A DNA stretch of 43,976 bases from a virus (IMGVR_UViG_3300025943_000016:1-43976); one strand, 5' to 3'; shown: positions 19,977 through 29,385, counted from the first letter of the stretch. Notes: a model not told the origin generated them from the letters alone. Made by a program: numbers and translations.

Positions 19977-21050
19977 TTAAAATGTTCCAACGCTTTCTAC
20001 TGTATGATTAATGTTAGCTGGAATAAAAACGTGTCTTGTGTTTGACCGAATATAATCGATTGTTGGGTCTTTACTATTAAAAGTGTCAAACACTAATTGA
20101 CCGGAAAGCCTTTCCGTTGCTCCATTCGTGCCAATTACGCTCATACCACGCAGAACCGTGTAACGTGGTGAGTTTAGTGTAAAGGCAATAGCGGAGGTGG
20201 CTGGAATCCAATCGCCAACGGATGCGCCATCATAAGCGATATAGGGCACGCCGGGGTCGTAGCTTAAAATATAAACAGGTGCAAGCATGTTAGGCGCTCT
20301 GTATATAGCCAATAAGTATAAACCTTGTACTCCTTGCAATTCCGGAGGCATCATGTTCTGCAGAAGCAACATATTCGCAGTGTTAGCTTGTAAATATGCA
20401 AGCACTCCGGCATCAATTGAAAATTGATTTAACCAGTCACTGCCTAATATAATAGCGATTCCGGATAAACCGCCTTTATTTGTTATATGTATAATATCCA
20501 CCATAGCTTTAATTGCTTTAGCCATAGTCGCACCGCCTGCTGTAAAGTCATAAGTTGTACTATTACCCGCCGCTCTGCCAAAATCAAAACCAACATTTAA
20601 ATCTTTACCGTCTATACCATTAGCATAGAAGTTGCCTGTACGTATAACATCAATGGCTTGTTTGTTTTTTGTAATAGTATGGCCTGTTACATGACTCTGT
20701 ACAATCTGCATCATTGTTTTAGCCGTGTGTTCAGTAATAGGAGCTGTTGCTTCAAGCCCTGTTGCTACGACATCCCTTAAACTTTCCGGTATAGGCGTTT
20801 TTTCAGAACAGTGGGGTGCTTCATACAAAGAACCCACACCTGCCTCATGTTTCCGTATAACACTTTGAGAGTCACTTTCACGATAAACAACACCGTGAGG
20901 GTTCTGTATAAACCGATCAATCAAAAAGCTTGAGGATAAATCCTCATCCGGAATAGGAAAAAGAAATTCATGCAGCTGCTTTTGTGTTGTATCAAAAAAG
21001 TACTGCTCATATACTTTACGCGCTCCACGCGTTAAAATCTCTAAACCCAT
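19977..21050 (-). CDS. Major capsid protein (lambda gpE-like)
   Basis: 357 aa; follows protease and decoration genes; 'VGFDFGR' pattern; strong SD. Confidence 0.8.
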   Translation of the reverse strand: MGLEILTRGARKVYEQYFFDTTQKQLHEFLFPIPDEDLSSSFLIDRFIQNPHGVVYRESDSQSVIRKHEAGVGSLYEAPHCSEKTPIPESLRDVVATGLEATAPITEHTAKTMMQIVQSHVTGHTITKNKQAIDVIRTGNFYANGIDGKDLNVGFDFGRAAGNSTTYDFTAGGATMAKAIKAMVDIIHITNKGGLSGIAIILGSDWLNQFSIDAGVLAYLQANTANMLLLQNMMPPELQGVQGLYLLAIYRAPNMLAPVYILSYDPGVPYIAYDGASVGDWIPATSAIAFTLNSPRYTVLRGMSVIGTNGATERLSGQLVFDTFNSKDPTIDYIRSNTRHVFIPANINHTVESVGTF

Positions 21051-21089
21051 AATATTTAACTCCTTACAATCTTTTAGTGTTTAAGTTTA

Positions 21090-22016
21090 TTACATTCGCT
21101 TTATATAAAGACCAGCTTTAGCGAATGCCTGCCGCATCCATTCGGTAAATGTTAAAGCCACGCCTGCATCATTTACGACACCATCTTCACGCAACTCCCC
21201 AAAGATGATTACAGTACCATAACCAGGCGCTAAAATGATTCTTCCATTAGCTCCATCATAAACACAGCTTACAGCATCATAATCGGTTGTATAGCGATAA
21301 GTACCAGCCGTTGATACAGCGATTGCAAATTTATCACCTACCTCAAAATCTATTGCTCCATCGGTTAAGGTAAGGGTAAACCCGTGGCCTACATAATTGA
21401 TAGAGCCTAATGCCGTGCCAGGTAATTCAATATCAATATCAAGTACTTCACCGGTAGGCGCTACAAGCTTAAATACTCCACCATGCACTGCTGATACTGT
21501 TATTGTAAACCCATCCCCGACAATAAAATCGGTAAGCCCATCCGCAAGAGTAATGGAGAAATGAGTACTAACAAAGGCAACTCCAACAGTTAGGTTATTC
21601 ATAAGCTCACCGGTAGGCGTTGTTACTCTAAATATTTCACTACCCGACACCGTAGCAGAAATACATTCAAGTGTATAAACCCCAGACTTTACGTCTGCGC
21701 CTAATGTAACTACGCCAGGCGCACCGTTTCCAGTATTACCACCATCAGCAACCATGCCGAGTGGTGCCGTTTTAGTGCCTGCTTTATATGTACATTCAAG
21801 GTTATAAGTACCTGCCGGTACTTTTTTATTTGCAAGTACTAACGTTAATGTTCCATCACCAGTGTTCCCAACATTAGGCGTAACTACACCAGCTGCTTCG
21901 TACTGTAAAGGCATACCCTGGTAATAAGTATCTGCGGCTAAAGGTACTTGATCGGTAAATATCTTACCGCCTATCACCTTATTTCCGACTGAATAAGTTT
22001 GTGTTTCCGGTGTCAT
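21090..22016 (-). CDS. Head decoration protein with internal repeated beta domains
   Basis: Lies between protease and capsid. Repeats 'GNTG.G...G.Y.LEC' and 'L.DG..DF.VGD.F.I.V'. Confidence 0.7.
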   Translation of the reverse strand: MTPETQTYSVGNKVIGGKIFTDQVPLAADTYYQGMPLQYEAAGVVTPNVGNTGDGTLTLVLANKKVPAGTYNLECTYKAGTKTAPLGMVADGGNTGNGAPGVVTLGADVKSGVYTLECISATVSGSEIFRVTTPTGELMNNLTVGVAFVSTHFSITLADGLTDFIVGDGFTITVSAVHGGVFKLVAPTGEVLDIDIELPGTALGSINYVGHGFTLTLTDGAIDFEVGDKFAIAVSTAGTYRYTTDYDAVSCVYDGANGRIILAPGYGTVIIFGELREDGVVNDAGVALTFTEWMRQAFAKAGLYIKRM

Positions 22017-23113
22017 TATTTCACACTCCTTTTAGTCTTTTCGGCAACTTTCTTAAGTGCCTTGTCCCAGTCATCGTTTAAATCTTTTGCATTATCCGGG
22101 GTTTTCCCTGCTGAATCAATAAATTTACCGAAATTTTGCGGTGATCCGCTTGATTTTCTTTGAGCATTAAGCTCATCAATTGCGAATTCTTCCACCGTTT
22201 TATTATTTTTAATAGCATTTAATGCTATTTCCGGAATGTTTGAACCGGATAGCACAAGTATTTTTTCAACGTTTTCTATGTGTTTGTTGATAATTTCTTT
22301 AGAATTTTTATCAACTAACGCATTAAAAGCGTCCTGGTAAGCGTCCCCTTGTGCTAAAAATTCGTTTATATCCATAATTTTAGCTCCTTTATTTTCAAGC
22401 TCATTCGGTTTAAATGAGCTTTTATTAACAATATTATTTATCTTTGATATAAAAGCAGCGTCCTTTTGTTCTGTTTCAATTCTACGCTTGCATTTTTCAT
22501 TAACAATACGTAATTGAGTCTTACAATTAACTACTTCAATCTCTTTATTGCTTTGCATATCAAACATAGGAAAAAGATTTTCTTTTTTGTTCTTTTCATC
22601 AAATTCTATATAATCTATTTTTTCATCATCATTAAGTATTCTTGTTGCAAACCCATCATTCTTAATCTCATCACCGAAAAGCCATGTTTCTTCATCCATT
22701 TCTTTCCGTATCTTCTTTATTTCCTTACCGCTAACGTTAGAATAAGACTCCGCTATGATCTTTGTTAGGCTTTCGGAGAAATTCGCGGCCTCTCTTAAAG
22801 CCCTATAATCACCCATACCAACAGTAAACACGTTATGATGCAACCATAAAGTATTTTTTCTCCCTATTCTTTCAGCATCTTTAATACTAACAATATAAGA
22901 AGCGGCAGAGGCAACCAATGCGCCTAACACAAAAGTTATTTTTCCTTTATAGTTAAGCAGCATATCTTTAATGTCATATGCATCTAACACATACCCACCA
23001 GGTGAAGAAACAAATATAGCTATATCACTACCAGCTGCCTCAGATAAAAATGAGGATACCTTATCCGCTGTAACCTCCCAGCCTATAGTACCAGTCATAA
23101 AAAAAGTTTTCAT
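22016..23113 (-). CDS. ClpP-type head maturation protease with scaffold C-terminus
   Basis: 'SSPGG', 'ASAASYI', 'HHN', 'MDEETW' ClpP motifs. Confidence 0.9.
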   Translation of the reverse strand: MKTFFMTGTIGWEVTADKVSSFLSEAAGSDIAIFVSSPGGYVLDAYDIKDMLLNYKGKITFVLGALVASAASYIVSIKDAERIGRKNTLWLHHNVFTVGMGDYRALREAANFSESLTKIIAESYSNVSGKEIKKIRKEMDEETWLFGDEIKNDGFATRILNDDEKIDYIEFDEKNKKENLFPMFDMQSNKEIEVVNCKTQLRIVNEKCKRRIETEQKDAAFISKINNIVNKSSFKPNELENKGAKIMDINEFLAQGDAYQDAFNALVDKNSKEIINKHIENVEKILVLSGSNIPEIALNAIKNNKTVEEFAIDELNAQRKSSGSPQNFGKFIDSAGKTPDNAKDLNDDWDKALKKVAEKTKRSVK

Positions 23114-24570
23114 ATTGTTTCAACTCCTTCATTTTTTGCAATAATAGCTGCTTGCTTTTCCGCTGATATATTAGCATACTCAATCTCCTGCTGTGTGTAC
23201 TCTTCAAGAAAATTATCCCATTCATTACCGTACATAGCTGCAGCATCACCACGCAGCTTAAACGCTGCATCCACGGCTGTCTTTTCAGCATTAACTTCTT
23301 GTAAAGGGTTTATTACACCTAACACAGGAGCAAGATAATTGCCTTGTAAATAGGCAAACTGTATAAAAGGATTCATAAAAAACCCAGGAGCGGTTATATA
23401 TTTATTCTTAATTGCATCTTTAGCAATTTCCTTTAAAACAATCTGCATTACATTATTTTTAAAGTAATTGCGTTTATATGTAAAGTTAATTTTAAAATCA
23501 TTTAGTGTACCCCTGTGTGCGGTATAACTTGTGCTATACTTTGACATAGCAACCTCGGCAGGTGTCCCTGTATATGCGCCAACATAATCATAGGCGGCAG
23601 TCTTATATTGTGCAAATGTGTTTGAGGGTGTCTTTAAATCTGTAAAGCTTAACTTTTCCCCTTTACGCGTAACATACACATTCCCTGTTCCCATACGCAT
23701 AGTGTTAAAGATACGACTAAAGAACCCCTCTTTAACATCTTCACCCTTTTTAAGTTTTTCTTTTATGTTATTCCTTGCCATACCCCTGGCCTGCTGTACA
23801 GGGTCGGAAACATCCGTTTCAAAATTTCCAAACTGCATTGATTCTAACACTGCACGCTGCGTTGTAGCATCCCAGTGCCTGTCATCATTTTTCATAAAGT
23901 TAATTAGGCCATAGTGCAGAGGAAATCCGCGCATCTGCCTCGCTTGCTGTTTAAACATAAACAGAATTATATTTTGATCTTCATTATCTTCTTTAAACTT
24001 TATAGCTTTACCGTCTAACTTTATAATGGCTTTCCTTCTGAAATATTCGTCCCTTTCTATACCTAAAGTATGTGTATCATCTGTCATTTTCCAGTCAATT
24101 TGATCATTACCATACTCTATAATATCACTTAAAAAGCCTTGTTCATCCCTTAAAAACAACAATAGAGAATCACCTGCGGATAGCGTAGACACAAACATAA
24201 TGCGCTGCTTTTCATAAATATTAAACTTATTACAATAAAAATGAACTATGCTTTGAAAATCTTTAGCCCAATCTTTCGCAGATTCCCTTGTCATATCAGG
24301 AATGCGCTTATAATCCGGCTGTGAACGAAAAAACATTCCGGAGCCTATAGCATAATCAGCTTGCTTATCAACAAACGCCTTTATAATTGTAGTATGGTAT
24401 AAAGTTAAAGAACGTGCAACCATAATACCATAAGTATCTTTAAGCATTGAGTTTGGATCAACGTTATAGCTATTCCACCCCTCAAGATCACCGGGGATTT
24501 TTTCCCCGTCATACTGTTTCCCTGCATCAACGTTATAGACTCTGCCATTCTTATATATAATAATACTCAT
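23110..24570 (-). CDS. Portal protein, lambda family
   Basis: 'Q.RG.P', 'SYTAHR', 'INPLQEV.A' motifs; follows the gpW-like gene. Confidence 0.88.
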   Translation of the reverse strand: MSIIIYKNGRVYNVDAGKQYDGEKIPGDLEGWNSYNVDPNSMLKDTYGIMVARSLTLYHTTIIKAFVDKQADYAIGSGMFFRSQPDYKRIPDMTRESAKDWAKDFQSIVHFYCNKFNIYEKQRIMFVSTLSAGDSLLLFLRDEQGFLSDIIEYGNDQIDWKMTDDTHTLGIERDEYFRRKAIIKLDGKAIKFKEDNEDQNIILFMFKQQARQMRGFPLHYGLINFMKNDDRHWDATTQRAVLESMQFGNFETDVSDPVQQARGMARNNIKEKLKKGEDVKEGFFSRIFNTMRMGTGNVYVTRKGEKLSFTDLKTPSNTFAQYKTAAYDYVGAYTGTPAEVAMSKYSTSYTAHRGTLNDFKINFTYKRNYFKNNVMQIVLKEIAKDAIKNKYITAPGFFMNPFIQFAYLQGNYLAPVLGVINPLQEVNAEKTAVDAAFKLRGDAAAMYGNEWDNFLEEYTQQEIEYANISAEKQAAIIAKNEGVETI

Positions 24571-24571
24571 T

Positions 24572-24805
24572 TTACCACCCAGGCTTTATTACCATACCAC
24601 CACCGCCACGCAATTCACGCAAACGCAGCTCTAAATCTCTTTTATCTTTAACTAATATGCTATAGTCAACCATAGTTACAGAACGGCTTGAGGCACCGCT
24701 GCTTATGGTGAATGATTGACCACCTAACCGTAGAGCATTGATAGCGGCTTTAATCTGTACTAATTCCGCTTCTATTTCTGTTATTTCTTCACTACTACAA
24801 TACAT
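24572..24805 (-). CDS. gpW-like head completion protein
   Basis: 'GGQSFTI..G..RSVT.. D...L' pattern between terminase and portal. Confidence 0.75.
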   Translation of the reverse strand: MYCSSEEITEIEAELVQIKAAINALRLGGQSFTISSGASSRSVTMVDYSILVKDKRDLELRLRELRGGGGMVIKPGW

Positions 24806-24813
24806 TTCACCAC

Positions 24814-26775
24814 CTACGCGGCCAACAGCTCATAATAATAAGCCTGCCATTTCTCAACAGACCATGTTCTAACATTACGCAGCTCCGAAGTACCTACTCC
24901 ATAAATAAAAGTATCCCAAACTTCATTACGCTTATATATTTTAACATAACTATATTCACGGGGTTTAACCTCTTCATAACGTTCGGATAAAAACTGTTTA
25001 AAGTGCTCGTCTGGCACTTCTACAAGCTCATTTCCATTCTTATAATATTTAGGAAAATGAATTAAATTCTTTTTTGCTTTCTCATTTACCATAATGGATA
25101 CAACATCTTTAAGCAGGTCAACGGCAACCATATAATTTTTTTTTAGGAGAGACTCCCCATTTATTCTATTTTCTTTTATCACTCCAAAAGTTTTAAGTGT
25201 CTTTACACCGAACAAAGCAATAAATCTATCACTGTTATACGCCACAAACTCATGAACTATGTTTGATATGTCAAAGTCAGACTCATCTTTAATAATCTTA
25301 CCACTTCTCGGGTTGTATCTTGTATCAATTCCGGTTAAAGCTATAATACATTCTTTCCCGAGTATGTTATATGAATGAGCGTATACGTAATCCCTTAATG
25401 CATCCCAGCAAGGCGCATCAATTGACTTTGTATCCCCGTAAAATATTTGATAATCGACTGACCATATAGCTCCTCTGTACCCTATACCTATGACATGCAG
25501 CTCCAGTCTATCTTTATGCACATCAACGCCACCAAACAATACGAGCGCTCCATCATACACCTCTTCCCCTTCAACGTTAATAAGTTTTCCCGCGGGAACT
25601 TCACCATAACAATAATCATCTGCAGCAGCTTTAAATTCTTTCCAGGGTGTTATTTTATGCGTAATAGCCCAGGCCAATCCTTTATAGTTTATTACGTAGT
25701 CCTTATATCTTAAAAGATCATTACCATAATCGGAATCAATCAATGCTTGACAAACGCGCTCCCAGGATAGAAACATAGTAGGAGAGTATAAAGCATTTAT
25801 CCTAAATGATGCATGATGCTTGTTCTTTGCTTTTGCTGTTGCTCTCCATTCACCATTAGATAGCATATACTGTTTTTTACTTTCATAAATATCTTTCTTA
25901 CAGAATTTACAAATAAACTTTATTGTATCAGGGATTAAAACTTTAAGCCCTGTTTCTTTATCCTTTTCCCTTTTAAAAGTTAAGCCATACTCTCCATCTG
26001 TATCATATAACATAACAAGCAGCTGCATTTCACCACACATAGGACAAGGTACAAAGTAGTAACGTTGATCACCATTTAAAAAACTTCTTTCTATTCTGCA
26101 TGTCTCTTTATTACCAGACGTTGATATTTCCAGGATTTTAAACATTCTTAAACCTAATGTTCGACCATCGATAATCCCATCGATATCACCTTGACCTTTT
26201 AGCTCTTGTGGAGCTTCTGTCCACTCATCTTTTATAATAAGCGCGAATGTGTTAGACTTTAGATCACCAATTGAGTTATAAGAAGTCAATAACAATATAT
26301 GATTACCAATCAATTCCTTATAGTAAGAAGTGTCCGCCGTTTTTCTTTTCATGCGTTCGGACATAGGCTTTAATAAATGAGATAGATTAGAAGTATCTAT
26401 CATAACATCAATAGCGCTGCTACTTCTTATTTTTGCAATATTCTTGTTAGATGTTATATAAAGAATAGAACCTAATCTATATTTAATGAATGCACCGATT
26501 GCACATTCAGCAACAGACACGGTGCCTCCGGATTGTCCGGGCTTTTGAATAGTAACTTTAGTATAATCGCTATCCGGGTGCAATAGATTTAAAGGTTCTA
26601 TCCACTGAGGAGCTGTATTACGGCTGAATTGACCGTAATATTCAGACACCCCTGGCGGGATATACCTGTTTTGTTCTGCCCAGTCAATAAAAGGTGAAAT
26701 GTTATATTCAGAAGTTAACTCTGATAAACGTTTATCAAGGCGGTCAATAACAATAAAGCTATTTTTTAGTTTCAA
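24814..26775 (-). CDS. terL: Terminase large subunit, lambda gpA family
   Basis: 'WAEQNRYI', 'Q.GGT', 'DE' Walker B, 'GDQRYYFVPCP.CGE.Q', 'GVDV..DRLE', 'RNE.WD'. Confidence 0.93.
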   Translation of the reverse strand: MKLKNSFIVIDRLDKRLSELTSEYNISPFIDWAEQNRYIPPGVSEYYGQFSRNTAPQWIEPLNLLHPDSDYTKVTIQKPGQSGGTVSVAECAIGAFIKYRLGSILYITSNKNIAKIRSSSAIDVMIDTSNLSHLLKPMSERMKRKTADTSYYKELIGNHILLLTSYNSIGDLKSNTFALIIKDEWTEAPQELKGQGDIDGIIDGRTLGLRMFKILEISTSGNKETCRIERSFLNGDQRYYFVPCPMCGEMQLLVMLYDTDGEYGLTFKREKDKETGLKVLIPDTIKFICKFCKKDIYESKKQYMLSNGEWRATAKAKNKHHASFRINALYSPTMFLSWERVCQALIDSDYGNDLLRYKDYVINYKGLAWAITHKITPWKEFKAAADDYCYGEVPAGKLINVEGEEVYDGALVLFGGVDVHKDRLELHVIGIGYRGAIWSVDYQIFYGDTKSIDAPCWDALRDYVYAHSYNILGKECIIALTGIDTRYNPRSGKIIKDESDFDISNIVHEFVAYNSDRFIALFGVKTLKTFGVIKENRINGESLLKKNYMVAVDLLKDVVSIMVNEKAKKNLIHFPKYYKNGNELVEVPDEHFKQFLSERYEEVKPREYSYVKIYKRNEVWDTFIYGVGTSELRNVRTWSVEKWQAYYYELLAA

Positions 26776-27364
26776 GTCTTAACCTCCAGGATTTAACCTC
26801 TTTCCGCTGTTCAGTTTTAACAGTATTTAATATGGTGCTATGCTCATTCGATAAAAAAGAAATAAGACCGGAGTAATCTTTTTCCTTGCAAAAGTTTTCT
26901 ATAATTGGTTTAAGCTTTTTTATCAAAGAGAGAAGCTCAACATTAATAGATTCCATATATCCAAAGAACAGCATTTCAGCATCTTTGAACGTGATTAAAT
27001 CACCTTGCTGTATATGAAAATTTAATTCAAGCTCTTTTAACTTTAATCTTAAAGCTTTGTTCTTTAAGATAGGTGCTTCACACTTTGCCTGCAGCGCCTG
27101 CATTTCTAAAATTTGCATTTCCGGGGATATATCTATTAACGGGTTTACTTTAGCACCTTTCTTTTTATCATTTATGGTATTACTATTTAATAAAGCTAAC
27201 CAGCTGGGGTCTTCGGTGTTGATCTTTATCTTATCTTCAACGACTATGGCAAAAGGTGGAGGGTTTGGACTATTAACGAGCTTATACAGCTTTGTCCTAT
27301 CGGGAGCGCCTATTAATTGTGAGGCCTGGTATTGCGTTAATAGCATAAAGCGCCTATACTCCAC
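26759..27364 (-). CDS. terS: Terminase small subunit (Nu1-like)
   Basis: N-terminal wHTH-like region, coiled coil and 'G.LI' motif; overlaps the terL start. Confidence 0.7.
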   Translation of the reverse strand: MEYRRFMLLTQYQASQLIGAPDRTKLYKLVNSPNPPPFAIVVEDKIKINTEDPSWLALLNSNTINDKKKGAKVNPLIDISPEMQILEMQALQAKCEAPILKNKALRLKLKELELNFHIQQGDLITFKDAEMLFFGYMESINVELLSLIKKLKPIIENFCKEKDYSGLISFLSNEHSTILNTVKTEQRKEVKSWRLRLETKK

Positions 27365-27425
27365 TCAAAAAGTTGCCAGGATTTAAAGCCCAGGACTTTA
27401 GCGTTCGATTAAACTTAAATTTCCT

Positions 27426-27435
27426 GGAAGAACCT
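27426..27435 (-). other. cosQ-like motif AGGTTCTTCC, candidate cos region
   Basis: Resembles lambda cosQ context (GGGTCCTTTCC) upstream of terS in a gpA-type phage. Confidence 0.4.
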
Positions 27436-27491
27436 ATCAAATTATTCAATAGCCTAACGCCTAACATTTTTTCACACAACATACTAAAAGT

Positions 27492-27520
27492 ATAGTAGAT
27501 GATTTTTTTTATGGAGTCAA
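27492..27520 (-). promoter_or_regulatory. sigma70-type promoter toward the terminase/virion operon
   Basis: TTGACT-17 nt-TACTAT on the - strand. Confidence 0.6.
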
Positions 27521-27540
27521 GTACTTTTTAGACTTTATTT

Positions 27541-27581
27541 AAAAAAGAAAAGGCCACTCCCTCACTTTTGGGGGGAGTGGC
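27541..27581 (-). terminator. Rho-independent terminator after 27619-28095
   Basis: GCCACTCCC/GGGAGTGGC stem followed by CTTTTCTTTTTT on the - strand. Confidence 0.8.
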
Positions 27582-27618
27582 TGGGCATGGGAGATAATAG
27601 ATAATAGATAAATGTAAC

Positions 27619-28095
27619 TTACTCTGCGGATTCGATAGGGCTGTATCCCTTCCAATCGTCCGGAACAGCTGCACCAACAGACTCAACGATATATGTATCA
27701 TTATCCAGGTCATAGCTAATCCAGGTTCTTTCCTCGGGCTTTACACCGCGTACAGCATATTTAAGAACTTCCCGCATTCCCTCTGTGCCTTTCTTAAATT
27801 CTTTATAGCATTCAAGCCCGGTCATGGTTACCCTTTCACGCAATACTGAAACAATTCCGGCTTTTGGGTTTACAGTGTGGGAGACTCCGATCTGGGCACC
27901 TTTTGTACCATCCCCAACAGCAAAGAGTAAAGCCCTTTTCAGGTCTTTATCATCGCTGCTGATATTGCGCAAATAGAGCTGCGCAGCGTGCCGTCTGATC
28001 TTGTTTACCCTGTTTTTACTATCCTTAGGAATGACCTCTTCAAATTGTTTAAAGCAAGCATCCAAAGGCTTTTTAACATCAATTAAAATTTCCAT
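27619..28095 (-). CDS. Hypothetical protein in its own transcription unit
   Basis: 158-aa ORF with AAGGAG SD, its own consensus promoter and a terminator. Confidence 0.8.
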   Translation of the reverse strand: MEILIDVKKPLDACFKQFEEVIPKDSKNRVNKIRRHAAQLYLRNISSDDKDLKRALLFAVGDGTKGAQIGVSHTVNPKAGIVSVLRERVTMTGLECYKEFKKGTEGMREVLKYAVRGVKPEERTWISYDLDNDTYIVESVGAAVPDDWKGYSPIESAE

Positions 28096-28127
28096 TTTAA
28101 CTCCTTTTCAAAATGTTTGATAATAAG

Positions 28128-28156
28128 AGTATACCACTTAATTATCAATATGTCAA
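28128..28156 (-). promoter_or_regulatory. Near-consensus sigma70 promoter
   Basis: TTGACA-17 nt-TATACT. Confidence 0.8.
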
Positions 28157-28173
28157 TACTTATATTAAATATT

Positions 28174-28629
28174 TTATGATAAAGCGTAATAGAGTGCTTT
28201 GCGCCAACCTATACCCTTGTGTCCTGCAAGCCCTGTACCCGAAGCTGTTTTAGAGAATAACCACCACCGCTCCTCCGGTCTTAAAGCAAGCCATTTCTTG
28301 CATATAGTTTCGCATTGTTCCAGCTCCGCCTGCTCCGCAGCCCAGGCTAATACACAAAGCTCTTTACCTAAAAAAGGATCAAGGTATATTTTCCCCACTG
28401 TCCATGCGCCTGCAGCCTGCTTGTTATCCCGCAGGCGCTTGTTAAAATCCCGCCTGGCATCATCCCTTATTTTTACCCATAGATGATAGGATAGTTCAAC
28501 CCGTTTGACCTCATTACCAGTGTACCCATAATCCTCATAAATGAGCACCTTTCTTTTCCTATCAAACGGGATAGAAACGTAAAATTTATGTAATCCTTGT
28601 GCTTTAGGCGCTCCATAATTATTATCCAT
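28174..28629 (-). CDS. DUF3780 family protein (anti-phage defence-associated family)
   Basis: Motifs 'H.FYV.IP', 'FN.RL', 'LGKELCVLAWAAE', 'W.AL.PEERWWLF', 'GWRKAL.YAL', which I recognise as DUF3780. Confidence 0.85.
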   Translation of the reverse strand: MDNNYGAPKAQGLHKFYVSIPFDRKRKVLIYEDYGYTGNEVKRVELSYHLWVKIRDDARRDFNKRLRDNKQAAGAWTVGKIYLDPFLGKELCVLAWAAEQAELEQCETICKKWLALRPEERWWLFSKTASGTGLAGHKGIGWRKALYYALS

Positions 28630-28649
28630 ATCAACCCTCCACTATAAAT

Positions 28650-28678
28650 AATATAATAGATAAACGTTAAATAGTCAA
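28650..28678 (-). promoter_or_regulatory. sigma70 promoter for the DUF3780 gene
   Basis: TTGACT-17 nt-TATATT, followed by a GGAGG SD. Confidence 0.7.
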
Positions 28679-28872
28679 GCAAAAAGAAAATTTCCACTTG
28701 TGCTATGTTATATTTTCTCATAGAGAAGTTGAAATTTGCCTTTCTCATAAATGCATTAACATAATAGGGTATATAACGTTAAACAATCAAGCAAATTGAA
28801 ATTTTCCGCTTCTCCCCTCCCTGTCACTACTGTCACTATCCCCGACATTACTTCCGCCTAACACACACAACC

Positions 28873-28903
28873 TTTTAATTCCTTATAGCATAAGGAATTA
28901 AAA
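28873..28903. repeat. Palindrome TTTTAATTCC-N11-GGAATTAAAA, copy 1
   Basis: 14-bp perfect arms with a 3-nt centre. Confidence 0.9.
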
Positions 28904-29210
28904 CCCCTATATAGGTGATCTAATGACGGTCATGAACACTATGCCAGCCAACTTAATTCTGGATAAGAAGTGTTAGGTGTTAGGTGGCTTAGCCACTATA
29001 CCTCTTCTCCTAAATAGTAATGATTCCTATTATCATTTATTTGTTAGGTGTTATGTTATCTTTTTGTATACTTTTATATTCTATAATTGCTATTATATGT
29101 ATTTTTTGTAAAATTTATTTCAGCTTAAATTCATAATTCATCTAATGACACCCATTCACCAACCGGGTGTCATGTCTGTCAAGTCTGTCATTAATATTTC
29201 TAAAAAGTTA

Positions 29211-29241
29211 TTTTAATTCCATATACTACAAGGAATTAAAA
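29211..29241. repeat. Palindrome TTTTAATTCC-N11-GGAATTAAAA, copy 2
   Basis: Same 10-bp arms and 11-nt spacing as copy 1. Confidence 0.9.
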
Positions 29242-29385
29242 CCATGTTGATGTTAGGTTAAAGTAATGACAAACGTCATGACAACCCTGTCACTATTGAC
29301 ATTATCATAATAGGCAAATACCATGCCAAACGCGCTATTATTATAGTATATAATTAAAATATATTTATATAATATTAAATAATAC

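Noticed and set aside
28473-28748. 91-aa - strand ORF overlapping the DUF3780 start
   Set aside because: It overlaps the DUF3780 promoter and coding region in another frame and has no recognisable motif, so it is probably spurious.
28820-29310. CRISPR or mini-array
   Set aside because: The repeats are short and irregularly spaced, with no constant repeat-spacer period. The PD-(D/E)XK nuclease at 39525 is an ordinary phage exonuclease.
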